The notes: generated by a model not told the origin, from the sequence alone. 34,890 nt of DNA from an uncultured Oscillospiraceae bacterium (GCA_964441575.1 CAYTXW010000002.1:1-34890); one strand, 5' to 3'. Counted from the stretch's first letter, positions 1 through 8,289 are shown. Numbers and translations are program-made.

Positions 1-26
1 TCTATCTTAAAAAATCCGATCCGTTC

Positions 27-55
27 TTGTAAATTCTGCTCGTCTGTGGTATAAC
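27..55 (+). promoter_or_regulatory. Putative sigma-A type promoter for murT-gatD (TTGTAA-17-TATAAC)
   Basis: TTGTAA at 27-32, 17-nt spacer, TATAAC at 50-55. The -10 ends 6 nt before the murT ATG at 62, with no Shine-Dalgarno in between. Confidence 0.35.
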
Positions 56-61
56 ATACCT

Positions 62-1432
62 ATGAATATTCGAGTTTCAATTTCTGTTTTTGCCTGCAAA
101 TTCTGCCGGTTTGCCATTCGCTTACTGGGCAGAGGCGGGACCGACTTCCCGGGCCGCGTGGCCTTGAAGCTGTGTCCTGACGCGCTGGGCTACTTGGCAA
201 AGAACGTGACCACCATTTTGGTCACGGGCACCAACGGCAAGACCACCACCTCCCGCATGATCGAACAGGCCCTTGCCGATTCTGGAATTTCTTACTTTGC
301 CAACAAATCCGGCGCGAATCTGCTCAGCGGTGTCACCGCCGAGTTTGCCATGCATGCGACCCTTGGAGGCCGGTGCAAATATGAGTACGCCCTGATTGAG
401 GCCGACGAAGCCGCTTTTAAGACCATTAGCAAGTATGTGGACGCCAAGGCCGTGGTTGTCACCAACGTCTTCCGGGATCAGCTGGACCGATATGGAGAAG
501 TAACGCACACCTTGGAAAATATCAAAATCGGCATTGGCAACAGCAAGCACGCGGTGCTGTGCCTCAACGCCGATGATTCTCTGTCCGGTTCCATCGGGGC
601 TGAGGTGGATCATCCGGTGATCTACTACGGCGTGGATACTCCCATCTATAAAACACGCGTGGCGGAGCTGTCCGATGCGCCGTATTGTCTCCATTGCAAG
701 CATGCGTATGTCTATGACTATGTGACCTATGGACATCTGGGCGGCTACCGCTGCCCCCATTGCGGCAGTGCGCGGCCCACGCCCCAGGTTTCTGTGACCC
801 AGGTGACGGACTCCGATGCGGAACGATCCCAGGTAACGATGGCTGCGGACGGAGTGGAATATCCCACGACCGTTAATCTGCCCGGCGGATACAATATTTA
901 TAACGCCTGCGCCGCCATGGCGGCAGGGAAGGCTATAGGTCTGGATCTGCATGTGGTATCCAAATCTCTTTCAGCCTTTGCATGCGGTTTTGGCCGGATG
1001 GAGAAGTTTGAGATTGAAGGCGCGACACTGCGAATGATTCTCATTAAGAACCCCGCCGGCTGCAATCAGGTTCTGAACTTTCTGACAGATCGGACCGAGC
1101 CGTTCGTCTTTGCGGCCTGCCTCAATGACCGGGCACAGGACGGCAAGGATGTCAGTTGGATATGGGATGTGGATTTTGAGCGTCTGGTGAAGATGGGTGA
1201 CACCCTGGCTGGTGTCCTGGTGTCCGGCGTCCGGGCGGATGACATGGCGCTTCGCTTCAAATATGCGGGTCTGCCCGTGGAGAAGCTTCGGATTGTCCGG
1301 GATTACGGTGAACTGACAAAGGTGTGCATCGCCCAGGACAAGCCGGTGTATATTATGCCCACCTATACGGCTATGCTGGATCTCCGCACAACCATCAGCA
1401 AAAACTATGGCTTTAAAGCCTTCTGGGAATAG
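62..1432 (+). CDS. murT: Lipid II isoglutaminyl synthase, Mur-ligase-like subunit MurT
   Basis: 456-aa ORF. P-loop VTGTNGKTTT. Cys4 ribbon CLHC...CPHC typical of MurT. C-terminal DUF1727-like region. Followed immediately by gatD. Confidence 0.9.
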   Translation: MNIRVSISVFACKFCRFAIRLLGRGGTDFPGRVALKLCPDALGYLAKNVTTILVTGTNGKTTTSRMIEQALADSGISYFANKSGANLLSGVTAEFAMHATLGGRCKYEYALIEADEAAFKTISKYVDAKAVVVTNVFRDQLDRYGEVTHTLENIKIGIGNSKHAVLCLNADDSLSGSIGAEVDHPVIYYGVDTPIYKTRVAELSDAPYCLHCKHAYVYDYVTYGHLGGYRCPHCGSARPTPQVSVTQVTDSDAERSQVTMAADGVEYPTTVNLPGGYNIYNACAAMAAGKAIGLDLHVVSKSLSAFACGFGRMEKFEIEGATLRMILIKNPAGCNQVLNFLTDRTEPFVFAACLNDRAQDGKDVSWIWDVDFERLVKMGDTLAGVLVSGVRADDMALRFKYAGLPVEKLRIVRDYGELTKVCIAQDKPVYIMPTYTAMLDLRTTISKNYGFKAFWE

Positions 1433-1441
1433 GAGGGGCGC

Positions 1442-2170
1442 ATGAAACTGAAAATCTGCCATCTCTATCCCGACATTTTGAACCTTTATGGGGACCGAGG
1501 CAACGTAATCTGCATGGAAAAGCGCCTGCAATGGCGCGGCGTGGAGGTGGAAACCAGCGGCGTAACCATCGGCCAGCCGCTGAAGGCCTCGGACTACGAC
1601 CTGTTTTTTGTCGGCGGCGGTCAGGATTTTGAACAGGAGGTTCTGCTGTCCGACCTGAATGCTGGCAAGACCCGGGAGATCAAGGCCGCCATTGAGGACG
1701 GGCTGCCTTTCCTTGCAATCTGCGGCGGCTATCAGATGCTGGGCAGCTACTATAAGACCTGGGACGGGGAGCAGTGCGACTTTACCGGCGCACTGGACCT
1801 GTACACGGAGGGCAGCAAGGACCGCATGATCGGAAACTATAGCTTCACCTGCGATGAGCTGGACGTCACGGTGGTGGGCTTCGAGAATCACTCCGGCAAA
1901 ACGTATCTCGGCTCAGCTGTAAAACCCATGGGCCGGGTCCTGTCCGGCTTTGGAAATAACGGCGAGGATGGCGGCGAGGGCGCACGATATAAAAACGTGT
2001 TTGCCACCTATTCTCACGGCTGCCTTCTTCCCAAAAATCCGGTCCTGTGCGACCATATTCTGAAAACGGCGCTGGAACGGAAATATGGCCAGACGGGACT
2101 GGCTCCACTGGACGACTCCCTGGAGCGGAATGCCCATGATTATATGGAACGGCGGCTGTCAAAAAAATAA
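1442..2170 (+). CDS. gatD: Lipid II isoglutaminyl synthase, glutaminase subunit GatD (CobQ/CobB-type amidotransferase)
   Basis: 242 aa. N-terminus MKLKICHLYPDILNLYGDRGN. Nucleophile motif AICGGYQMLG and GFENHSG histidine motif. GGAGG RBS 5-10 nt upstream. Adjacent to murT. Confidence 0.9.
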   Translation: MKLKICHLYPDILNLYGDRGNVICMEKRLQWRGVEVETSGVTIGQPLKASDYDLFFVGGGQDFEQEVLLSDLNAGKTREIKAAIEDGLPFLAICGGYQMLGSYYKTWDGEQCDFTGALDLYTEGSKDRMIGNYSFTCDELDVTVVGFENHSGKTYLGSAVKPMGRVLSGFGNNGEDGGEGARYKNVFATYSHGCLLPKNPVLCDHILKTALERKYGQTGLAPLDDSLERNAHDYMERRLSKK

Positions 2171-2180
2171 CCGGCCGTTT

Positions 2181-2228
2181 ACGCAAGGTCGCCTGTGCGT
2201 TTGATTGGGCGGCCTTGCGTTTGATTTT
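2181..2228 (+). terminator. Rho-independent terminator after gatD
   Basis: 13-bp stem, 2181-2193 ACGCAAGGTCGCC pairing with 2208-2220 GGCGGCCTTGCGT (one G-U), 14-nt loop, followed by TTGATTTT. Confidence 0.7.
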
Positions 2229-2260
2229 CATGATATTTTGAAATATTTTTTCGGCAGTGC

Positions 2261-2289
2261 TTGACAAACATGGTTAGCGGTGCTAAACT
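2261..2289 (+). promoter_or_regulatory. Putative promoter of the feo operon (TTGACA-17-TGcTAAACT)
   Basis: TTGACA at 2261-2266, 17-nt spacer ending in TGc (extended -10), TAAACT at 2284-2289. About 85 nt upstream of feoA. Confidence 0.55.
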
Positions 2290-2374
2290 ACAGATGATCT
2301 GGGGGTTTGTAGAATCTAACCCCCAATGTGCAAGACTGATTGTTAGAAAAAGCTAACCACAAGGAGGAATCAAA

Positions 2375-2587
2375 ATGATGCCTCTCTCCATGGCAAAAAC
2401 TGGGGATGTCGTGACAATTCGAAAGATCACAGGCAAAGATGAGGTACGCCAGCATTTGGCGGAGCTTGGCTTTGTGGTGGATGAAACAATTACAGTCGTG
2501 AGCGAGATCGCAGGAAATCTGATCCTGCAAGTCAAAAGCAGCCGGGTCGCACTGGATCGAGCCATGGCAAACCGAATCATGATTTAA
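2375..2587 (+). CDS. feoA: FeoA family ferrous iron transport protein (copy 1)
   Basis: 70-aa SH3-like FeoA pattern (GDVVTIRKITG...LAELGF...G...). AAGGAGG RBS 7 nt upstream. Confidence 0.85.
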   Translation: MMPLSMAKTGDVVTIRKITGKDEVRQHLAELGFVVDETITVVSEIAGNLILQVKSSRVALDRAMANRIMI

Positions 2588-2608
2588 GAATGAGAGGAGA
2601 GAAACCCT

Positions 2609-2830
2609 ATGAAAACGTTGAAGGACGTCAAGGTCGGCGAGACCGCTAAGGTGGTAAAGATCCACGGCGAGGGCGCCGTCAAGCGCCGCATCATGGACAT
2701 GGGCCTGACGAAGGGTGTCGAGCTTTATGTCCGTAAGGTAGCCCCCCTGGGAGATCCCATGGAGCTGAATATCCGCGGCTATGAGCTGAGTGTGCGGAAA
2801 GCGGACGCGGAAATGGTCGAGGTGGAGTAA
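2609..2830 (+). CDS. feoA: FeoA family ferrous iron transport protein (copy 2)
   Basis: 73 aa. GETAKVVKIHGEG..KRRIMDMGLTKG...V pattern. GAGGAG RBS. Directly upstream of feoB. Confidence 0.85.
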   Translation: MKTLKDVKVGETAKVVKIHGEGAVKRRIMDMGLTKGVELYVRKVAPLGDPMELNIRGYELSVRKADAEMVEVE

Positions 2831-2890
2831 CGTCCTGCCTCGATATGCCCATGGGTTAGCGAAAAATAACTTTGAGAAGGGAGAATTCCA

Positions 2891-5281
2891 ATGGAAGTAA
2901 AAATTGCCCTTGCGGGCAATCCGAACAGCGGCAAAACTACGCTGTTCAACGCCCTGACCGGCAGTAACCAGTATGTTGGCAACTGGCCCGGCGTCACGGT
3001 GGAAAAGAAAGAGGGACATCTGAAGGGCCATAAGGACGTGGTCATTCAGGATCTGCCCGGTATTTATTCTCTGTCCCCCTATACGCTGGAGGAAGTGGTT
3101 GCCAGAAACTACCTGGTTAGGGAGAAGCCAGATGCCATCCTGAACATTGTGGACGGCACCAATATCGAGCGGAACCTGTATTTGACTACCCAGCTCATTG
3201 AGCTTGGCCTCCCCGTTGTAGTGGCGGTCAACATGATGGACCTGGTTCGTAAGAACGGCGACAAGATTGACGTGGATAAGCTGTCCTCCGCTCTGGGCTG
3301 TGAAGTTGTGGAAATGAGCGCTCTGAAAAACGAGGGCGGCATGACCGCAGCGGAAAAGGCTGTGGCGCTGGCGCAGAATAAGAAGAACACGGAGCTGCCT
3401 CATGTGTTCACCGGCAGCGTGGAACACGCCCTTGCCCACATTGAAGAGTCCATTTCCGGCAAGGTGGATGACCGCTATCTCCGCTGGTACGCCATTAAGA
3501 TATTCGAGCGGGATGAAAAAGTCCTGGCGGATCTGAAACTGGATGCAGCGTTGAAGGCCCATCTGGAGGAACATATCACGGACTGCGAAAAGGAGCTGGA
3601 CGATGACGCTGAGAGCATCATCACCAACCAGCGCTATTCCTACATCAACTCCATTGTGACCCGTTCCGTCAAGAAAAAGGCTGCCAAACACAGCCTGTCT
3701 ACTTCTGATAAGATTGACAAGATTGTCACCAACCGGATTTTGGCTCTGCCTATTTTCGTGGTTGTCATGTTCCTGGTCTATGCCATCGCCATGGGCGGCT
3801 GGAAAGTTTCCGTTGGTACTGCGCTGACCGACTGGGCCAACGACGGTCTGTTTGGAGATGGCTGGTTTGTCCCCTTCACCGCAGACAAGGATTCCTGGGA
3901 GGAGGATAGCGGCGCATTTGAGGATGCCAGTACCATCATCGAAGCCTATGAAGCCGGCGATTCAGAAGCCTACTTCTATGATGAGGAAAGCGGCGATACC
4001 GAGGTTCTTCCTCTGGATGAGGCTACCTACCAAGAGGCGTTGACAGTGGAAGAACCCGACCCCGCCGACTATGGCGTGTGGGTTCCCGGTATTCCGGTTC
4101 TGATTGAAAATCTGCTGGATGCCATCAAGGTTGAGAATGAAGTGATCCGGAGCCTGATTCTGGACGGCATTGTGGCCGGTGTCGGCGCGGTACTGGGCTT
4201 TGTACCGCAGATGCTTGTTCTGTTCCTGCTGCTGGCCATTCTGGAGGATATCGGCTACATGGCCCGTATCGCTTTCATCATGGACCGAATCTTCCGGCGT
4301 TTTGGCTTGTCCGGTAAATCCTTTATTCCGTTGCTGGTTGCCACCGGCTGCGGTGTACCCGGCGTCATGGCTTCCCGAACCATTGAGCAGGACCGCGACC
4401 GGAAGCTGACCGTTATGACCACTTGCTTTATCCCCTGCGGCGCCAAGACCCCCATCATTGCTCTGTTCGCCGGCGCTCTGTTCGGCCACTCTGCCTGGGT
4501 TGCAACCTCTGCCTACTTTATTGGTATTGCGGCGGTCATTATCTCCGGCATTATGCTCAAGAAGTTTAAGGCCTTCGCCGGAGAACCCGCTCCCTTTGTC
4601 ATGGAACTTCCCGCCTATCATGTTCCCTCTGTCAGCAATGTCCTGCGGGCTATGTGGGAACGCGGCTGGTCCTTCATCAAGCGCGCAGGCACTATCATCC
4701 TGCTGTCCTCCATCATTCTGTGGTTCCTCCAGGGCTTCGGTCCGCTGGAAGGCGGCGGCTTCGGCATGGTAGATGACAATAATTCCTCCTTGCTGGCCAT
4801 CGTCGGCAGCGCAATTTGCTGGATTTTTGCGCCTCTCGGCTTCGGCAACTGGCAGGCCACTGTGGCTACTATCACCGGCCTGATCGCTAAGGAAGAGGTT
4901 CCTGCCACCATGGCTGTTTTGTATCCGGGCAACCTGACACAAGAAATCGGCATGGTGTTCAACGGCATCTCGGCTTATAGCTTCATGATCTTCAACCTGC
5001 TGTGCGCTCCCTGCTTTGCCGCTATGGGCGCTATCAAGCGCGAGATGAACAACGCCAAGTGGACTTGGGCCTCCATCGGTTACATGTGCGTCTTTGCCTA
5101 TGTAATTGCTTTGATTGTTTATCAGTTCGGCGCTCTGTTCACCGGCCTGATTTCGTTCAATGTGTTTACTGTTGTTGCACTGCTTCTTACGATCGGCCTG
5201 CTGTACTTGCTGTTCCGTAAGAACAAATACGATGAGCGTACCCCGAGCATCAGCTCCGTGGAAGCCGCGTCCAGAAAATAA
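2891..5281 (+). CDS. feoB: Ferrous iron transporter FeoB (GTPase plus permease)
   Basis: 796 aa. N-terminal G domain with GNPNSGKTTLFN and DLPGIYSL. Long polytopic C-terminal region with the FeoB gate motifs. Confidence 0.95.
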   Translation: MEVKIALAGNPNSGKTTLFNALTGSNQYVGNWPGVTVEKKEGHLKGHKDVVIQDLPGIYSLSPYTLEEVVARNYLVREKPDAILNIVDGTNIERNLYLTTQLIELGLPVVVAVNMMDLVRKNGDKIDVDKLSSALGCEVVEMSALKNEGGMTAAEKAVALAQNKKNTELPHVFTGSVEHALAHIEESISGKVDDRYLRWYAIKIFERDEKVLADLKLDAALKAHLEEHITDCEKELDDDAESIITNQRYSYINSIVTRSVKKKAAKHSLSTSDKIDKIVTNRILALPIFVVVMFLVYAIAMGGWKVSVGTALTDWANDGLFGDGWFVPFTADKDSWEEDSGAFEDASTIIEAYEAGDSEAYFYDEESGDTEVLPLDEATYQEALTVEEPDPADYGVWVPGIPVLIENLLDAIKVENEVIRSLILDGIVAGVGAVLGFVPQMLVLFLLLAILEDIGYMARIAFIMDRIFRRFGLSGKSFIPLLVATGCGVPGVMASRTIEQDRDRKLTVMTTCFIPCGAKTPIIALFAGALFGHSAWVATSAYFIGIAAVIISGIMLKKFKAFAGEPAPFVMELPAYHVPSVSNVLRAMWERGWSFIKRAGTIILLSSIILWFLQGFGPLEGGGFGMVDDNNSSLLAIVGSAICWIFAPLGFGNWQATVATITGLIAKEEVPATMAVLYPGNLTQEIGMVFNGISAYSFMIFNLLCAPCFAAMGAIKREMNNAKWTWASIGYMCVFAYVIALIVYQFGALFTGLISFNVFTVVALLLTIGLLYLLFRKNKYDERTPSISSVEAASRK

Positions 5282-5292
5282 GGAGTTTCGCC

Positions 5293-5463
5293 ATGAATGC
5301 TGGTACGTTTCTTGTTTGCTTGGTGATCGTGGTCATAGTAGCAGCGATTATTGGCAAGAGCATCTATAACCACAAGCACCATAAAGGCGGCTGCGGCTGT
5401 GGATGTGAAGGCTGTGCCAACAGCAGCATGTGCCACTCTCGGACGGACGCAGATCAAAAATGA
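5293..5463 (+). CDS. FeoB-associated Cys-rich small membrane protein (56 aa, below the track cutoff)
   Basis: Hand translation: MNAGTFLVCLVIVVIVAAIIGKSIYNHKHHKGGCGCGCEGCANSSMCHSRTDADQK. One TM helix plus a GCGCGC/CxxC tail. AGGAG RBS at 5281-5285. Starts 12 nt after the feoB stop. Confidence 0.7.
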   Translation: MNAGTFLVCLVIVVIVAAIIGKSIYNHKHHKGGCGCGCEGCANSSMCHSRTDADQK

Positions 5464-5474
5464 CTTAAAAAATG

Positions 5475-5515
5475 CCGCCTCCGGTGATTTTTATCACCGG
5501 AGGCGGTGCTTTTAT
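5475..5515. terminator. Bidirectional rho-independent terminator (feo operon and the convergent udg unit)
   Basis: Perfect 14-bp stem CCGCCTCCGGTGAT / ATCACCGGAGGCGG (5475-5488 / 5493-5506), 4-nt loop. TGCTTTTAT follows on + and an A-run (T-run on -) lies on the other side. Confidence 0.8.
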
Positions 5516-5749
5516 GGTTTCATCCGATCTCGAAGTTCCTTGCAGAGAGGTTGGTCATGTACCAAAGGCCCTCATAGAGGAAAAAGGCCAGTGCATGCCG
5601 TCCAACAGGATTTGCAGGGCAGGCGGAAATTTCTCATCGCCGTCCCAGAATTGCAGACACACCGGAAAAAAGGGAAAAACAGAAAAACAGCGCTGACATT
5701 GCCAGAAGGTCCAGATCATAACAATTCCGTTGTCCCATGGAATAGCTTT

Positions 5750-6328
5750 TTAATGAATTTCATACCGCGCCGGGTCTGCGGCTAGCTCCAGGACCTTGGC
5801 CTGGAGCTTTTTCAGATCCCGGAAGGTGTCGGGGCGTTTGCTGATGTCTCGCAGCAGGGCGGAGGGATGGTACATGGCAAAGAACAAAATACCGCCTTTT
5901 TCAAACCACTGGCCATGCTCCTGCGTGATTTTGAAATCTTCCTTGATGAGTTTCATGGCGGCGATCCGGCCCAGGCAGACGATGATTTTGGGCCGCAGCA
6001 GCTTGGTCTGCATTCGAAGCCAGGGCAGACAGGCATCCTGCTCCGTTTGCAGCGGATCCCGGTTCTGAGGTGGGCGGCATTTGACAATATTAGCAATATA
6101 GCAGTTGTGCCGACCCAATCCGATGATGGAGAGCATATCGTCCAGCAGCTGTCCGGCGGGACCCACAAATGGCTCCCCCTGCAGATCCTCCTGCTGGCCG
6201 GGACCTTCACCGACGAACAGCACCTCCGCGTCTTTTGGCCCGACGCCGAAGACCACATTGTGCCTCGTGAAGGCCAGTTCACAGCGGTTGCATTGCAGGC
6301 AAGCGCCTGCGACGGATTCCCAGTCCAT
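5750..6328 (-). CDS. Uracil-DNA glycosylase, family 4 (Fe-S type)
   Basis: 192 aa. CxxCxxC... N-terminus, GEGPG, FVGPAGQLLD and HPS (MYHPSALLR) family-4 motifs. Confidence 0.9.
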   Translation of the reverse strand: MDWESVAGACLQCNRCELAFTRHNVVFGVGPKDAEVLFVGEGPGQQEDLQGEPFVGPAGQLLDDMLSIIGLGRHNCYIANIVKCRPPQNRDPLQTEQDACLPWLRMQTKLLRPKIIVCLGRIAAMKLIKEDFKITQEHGQWFEKGGILFFAMYHPSALLRDISKRPDTFRDLKKLQAKVLELAADPARYEIH

Positions 6329-6332
6329 CTGC

Positions 6333-7751
6333 TCACTCCTTCCAGATGTTTTCGCGTTCCTGCTGACGGCGGCGCATTTCCAGCGCCCGGCGGCGGGCGG
6401 CCACCTTTCGCTTGCGCTCCTGGCGGCGGTAGACTTGAAGCAAAATCAGGCAAAGAACAATGATAACGAGAATGGCAATGAGAATTCCGACAAGCCATTT
6501 CCACCAATTATCTGCCACATAGACCTTGGTTTCCTCCATCTGATGGGTAATCTCAGAGCGCGCAACCGAAGTGATGGCGGCCAGATCGCTCTTGCCCAGA
6601 TTTTCACCTCGGAAACGGACTGTAACGGTCCCCAATACATCGCCGGCTTTTACAGGCGCGTCCACGCTGTCGGAGACCAGCTGCACATCCAGCTCCAGCT
6701 CGTCCGGATCGTAATCCATCTCCACCAGCGTCCGGATTTCCTCGGTGGGGGCCAGCGCCACGGTCTGCGTCCCGGCGGACTGGTTTACCTGGATCTCGGC
6801 CACCGGATAGAGGGTTGTCAGGAGCGTAGCCATCTGAAAATGTTCGAAGCCATATTCAAACAGATTGATGCACTCCGGAAAGCTGTGGAGGTACCAGGTC
6901 TGATCGCCCACGTCCTCGGTATCCGCCCCCATGACAATGGCCAGCAGATGGAGATTGCCGTTGTCGGCCGTGGAGATCAGGCATCGGCCGGCGGGGGTGG
7001 TAAAGCCGGTTTTGACGCCCGTAGCCTTGGAATAATAGAAATTGCTGTAGACTAGAAGCAGTTCATTGGTAGTGGTGATGGTCCGGGCGTCCTGCAGGTT
7101 GGTGGCAGGCAGCGTATAACTGGCGGTGTTGCATATGGTGCAGAAATCCTCATTTTTCAATGCCTCCCGCACGATCAGGGAGAGATCGTAGGCGGTGGTG
7201 TAGTGATCTTCCTCATGAAGGCCGTGGGGATTGGCAAAGTGGGTGCCGGTACAGCCCAGCTCTTGGGCGCGCTGATTCATCATGTCCACAAAAGCATCGA
7301 TGGAGCCTGCGATATACTCCGCCACGGCGTTGCAGGCCTCGTTGACGGATTTGACCATGATGCAGTAGAGCATATCCAAAAGGCTCATCTGTTCGCCCTC
7401 CATCAGAAAGGCGTCATTCCCCATTTCCTCCATGCCCTCCAGGGCGGTGGCATTGACGGTGACAGTGTCGCTCAGATTGCCGTTTTCCAGCGCTAGCAGG
7501 CAGGTCATTACCTTTGTCAGGCTGGCAGGATACCGCTGCTCCGTGGCGTTGAGGGAGTAGAGCGTCACTCCGGTGTTCAGCTCAATTAACAGCGCCGATT
7601 TGGCTGTCAGAGAAAAGCCAAGACTTCCACCGGCATAAATTGTGCTGCTGCTGGAGGCCTCGCTTTCCACATCGTCTTCGGCGGCGGCTGGGAGGGCCAG
7701 CGTAAAGATGATTCCAATCAAAAGAAGGACTGCAATCCATTTCTGTTTCAT
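6333..7751 (-). CDS. D-alanyl-D-alanine carboxypeptidase (PBP5-type serine peptidase) with C-terminal TM anchor
   Basis: 472 aa. Signal peptide. SxxK (ASLTKVMT), SxN (KSVNEA) and KTG (GVKTGFT) motifs. C-terminal hydrophobic helix followed by a basic tail. Confidence 0.9.
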   Translation of the reverse strand: MKQKWIAVLLLIGIIFTLALPAAAEDDVESEASSSSTIYAGGSLGFSLTAKSALLIELNTGVTLYSLNATEQRYPASLTKVMTCLLALENGNLSDTVTVNATALEGMEEMGNDAFLMEGEQMSLLDMLYCIMVKSVNEACNAVAEYIAGSIDAFVDMMNQRAQELGCTGTHFANPHGLHEEDHYTTAYDLSLIVREALKNEDFCTICNTASYTLPATNLQDARTITTTNELLLVYSNFYYSKATGVKTGFTTPAGRCLISTADNGNLHLLAIVMGADTEDVGDQTWYLHSFPECINLFEYGFEHFQMATLLTTLYPVAEIQVNQSAGTQTVALAPTEEIRTLVEMDYDPDELELDVQLVSDSVDAPVKAGDVLGTVTVRFRGENLGKSDLAAITSVARSEITHQMEETKVYVADNWWKWLVGILIAILVIIVLCLILLQVYRRQERKRKVAARRRALEMRRRQQERENIWKE

Positions 7752-7778
7752 TTGTATGCTCCTATATCAGTTTCGGCA

Positions 7779-7808
7779 TTGCCGAAAGGCGGGTTCCTGT
7801 GATATAAT
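7779..7808 (+). promoter_or_regulatory. Putative promoter of comEA with extended -10 (TTGCCG-18-TGaTATAAT)
   Basis: TGaTATAAT at 7800-7808. Weak -35 TTGCCG at 7779-7784, which lies inside the 17-nt palindrome 7771-7787. Confidence 0.45.
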
Positions 7809-7821
7809 ATCCTATAAAACA

Positions 7822-7849
7822 AGTATATCAAATTTTTTCCCAAAGTCAA
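7822..7849 (-). promoter_or_regulatory. Putative promoter of the carboxypeptidase-udg unit (TTGACT-16-TATACT)
   Basis: Minus strand: TTGACT (7849-7844), 16-nt spacer, TATACT (7827-7822). AGGAG RBS precedes the ATG at 7751. Confidence 0.45.
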
Positions 7850-7866
7850 TGAAACGGGGTGGTTCT

Positions 7867-8289
7867 GTGAGTCGCAAGCGGCTGGAAATTTTCGCGGTCG
7901 GCCTTGTGGCGTTACTGGCCTGCTTTACGCTGGGGTTTTATCTTGGCGGCGAGCATATATCCGGCGTCAGCCGCGCCGCAGTTGCGGTGGAGGAAATAGA
8001 GCCGAGAGCGGCTTCCGATCCGGAGCCAGTTTCGGAGGCTGCGCCTGAAGAACCCACGTCCGGTGCGCCGCTGGATTTAAATCAGGCTACCCAGGAGGAG
8101 CTGGAGGCCCTGCCTGGAATCGGCCCGGAGTTGGCCCGGCGTATTTTGGACTATCGGGAGACCTACGGCCCCTTTTTGACAACGGATCAGATCATGGAAG
8201 TGAGCGGAATCGGGGAAAAGCGCTATGACGCCCTGAAAGAGTTGATTATAGTGGAGGAACAAGATGAAGATATTAGTAGTAGACGATGA
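7867..8289 (+). CDS. comEA: ComEA-family helix-hairpin-helix DNA-binding protein (membrane anchored)
   Basis: N-terminal TM helix (LEIFAVGLVALLACFTLGFYLGG). C-terminal tandem HhH (LNQATQEELEALPGIGPELARRILDYRETYGPF...VSGIGEKRYDAL). The track ORF from 7642 is an over-extension. I chose GTG 7867 (GGGGTGG 5 nt upstream); ATG 7849 is an alternative. Confidence 0.75.
   Translation: MSRKRLEIFAVGLVALLACFTLGFYLGGEHISGVSRAAVAVEEIEPRAASDPEPVSEAAPEEPTSGAPLDLNQATQEELEALPGIGPELARRILDYRETYGPFLTTDQIMEVSGIGEKRYDALKELIIVEEQDEDISSRR

Noticed and set aside
2197-2226. The 10-mer GCGTTTGATT occurs three times (2197-2206, 2217-2226, 29689-29698).
   Set aside because: Too short and too few copies to argue for a repeat family or binding site. 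Two copies lie within the gatD terminator region, and the third is part of the 29693-29703 inverted repeat already reported.
2288-3691. Long antisense ORFs listed in the track opposite clearly assigned genes. Examples: 2288-3691(-), 3962-4942(-), 6105-7055(+), 8964-9896(-), 12121-13005(+), 13200-14015(+), 20673-21644(+), 23211-24479(-), 28669-29664(+), 33945-34748(-).
   Set aside because: Each lies entirely opposite a gene with strong family motifs. The translations are low-complexity Arg/Gly/Ala/Pro/His-rich strings typical of shadow frames in GC-rich DNA. They lack RBSs and recognisable motifs.
5351-5785. The 144-aa plus-strand ORF (and 5472-5696) downstream of feoB.
   Set aside because: It overlaps the better-supported 56-aa Cys-rich FeoB-associated ORF in another frame. 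It reads straight through the strong terminator hairpin. Its composition is biased and it has no motifs.
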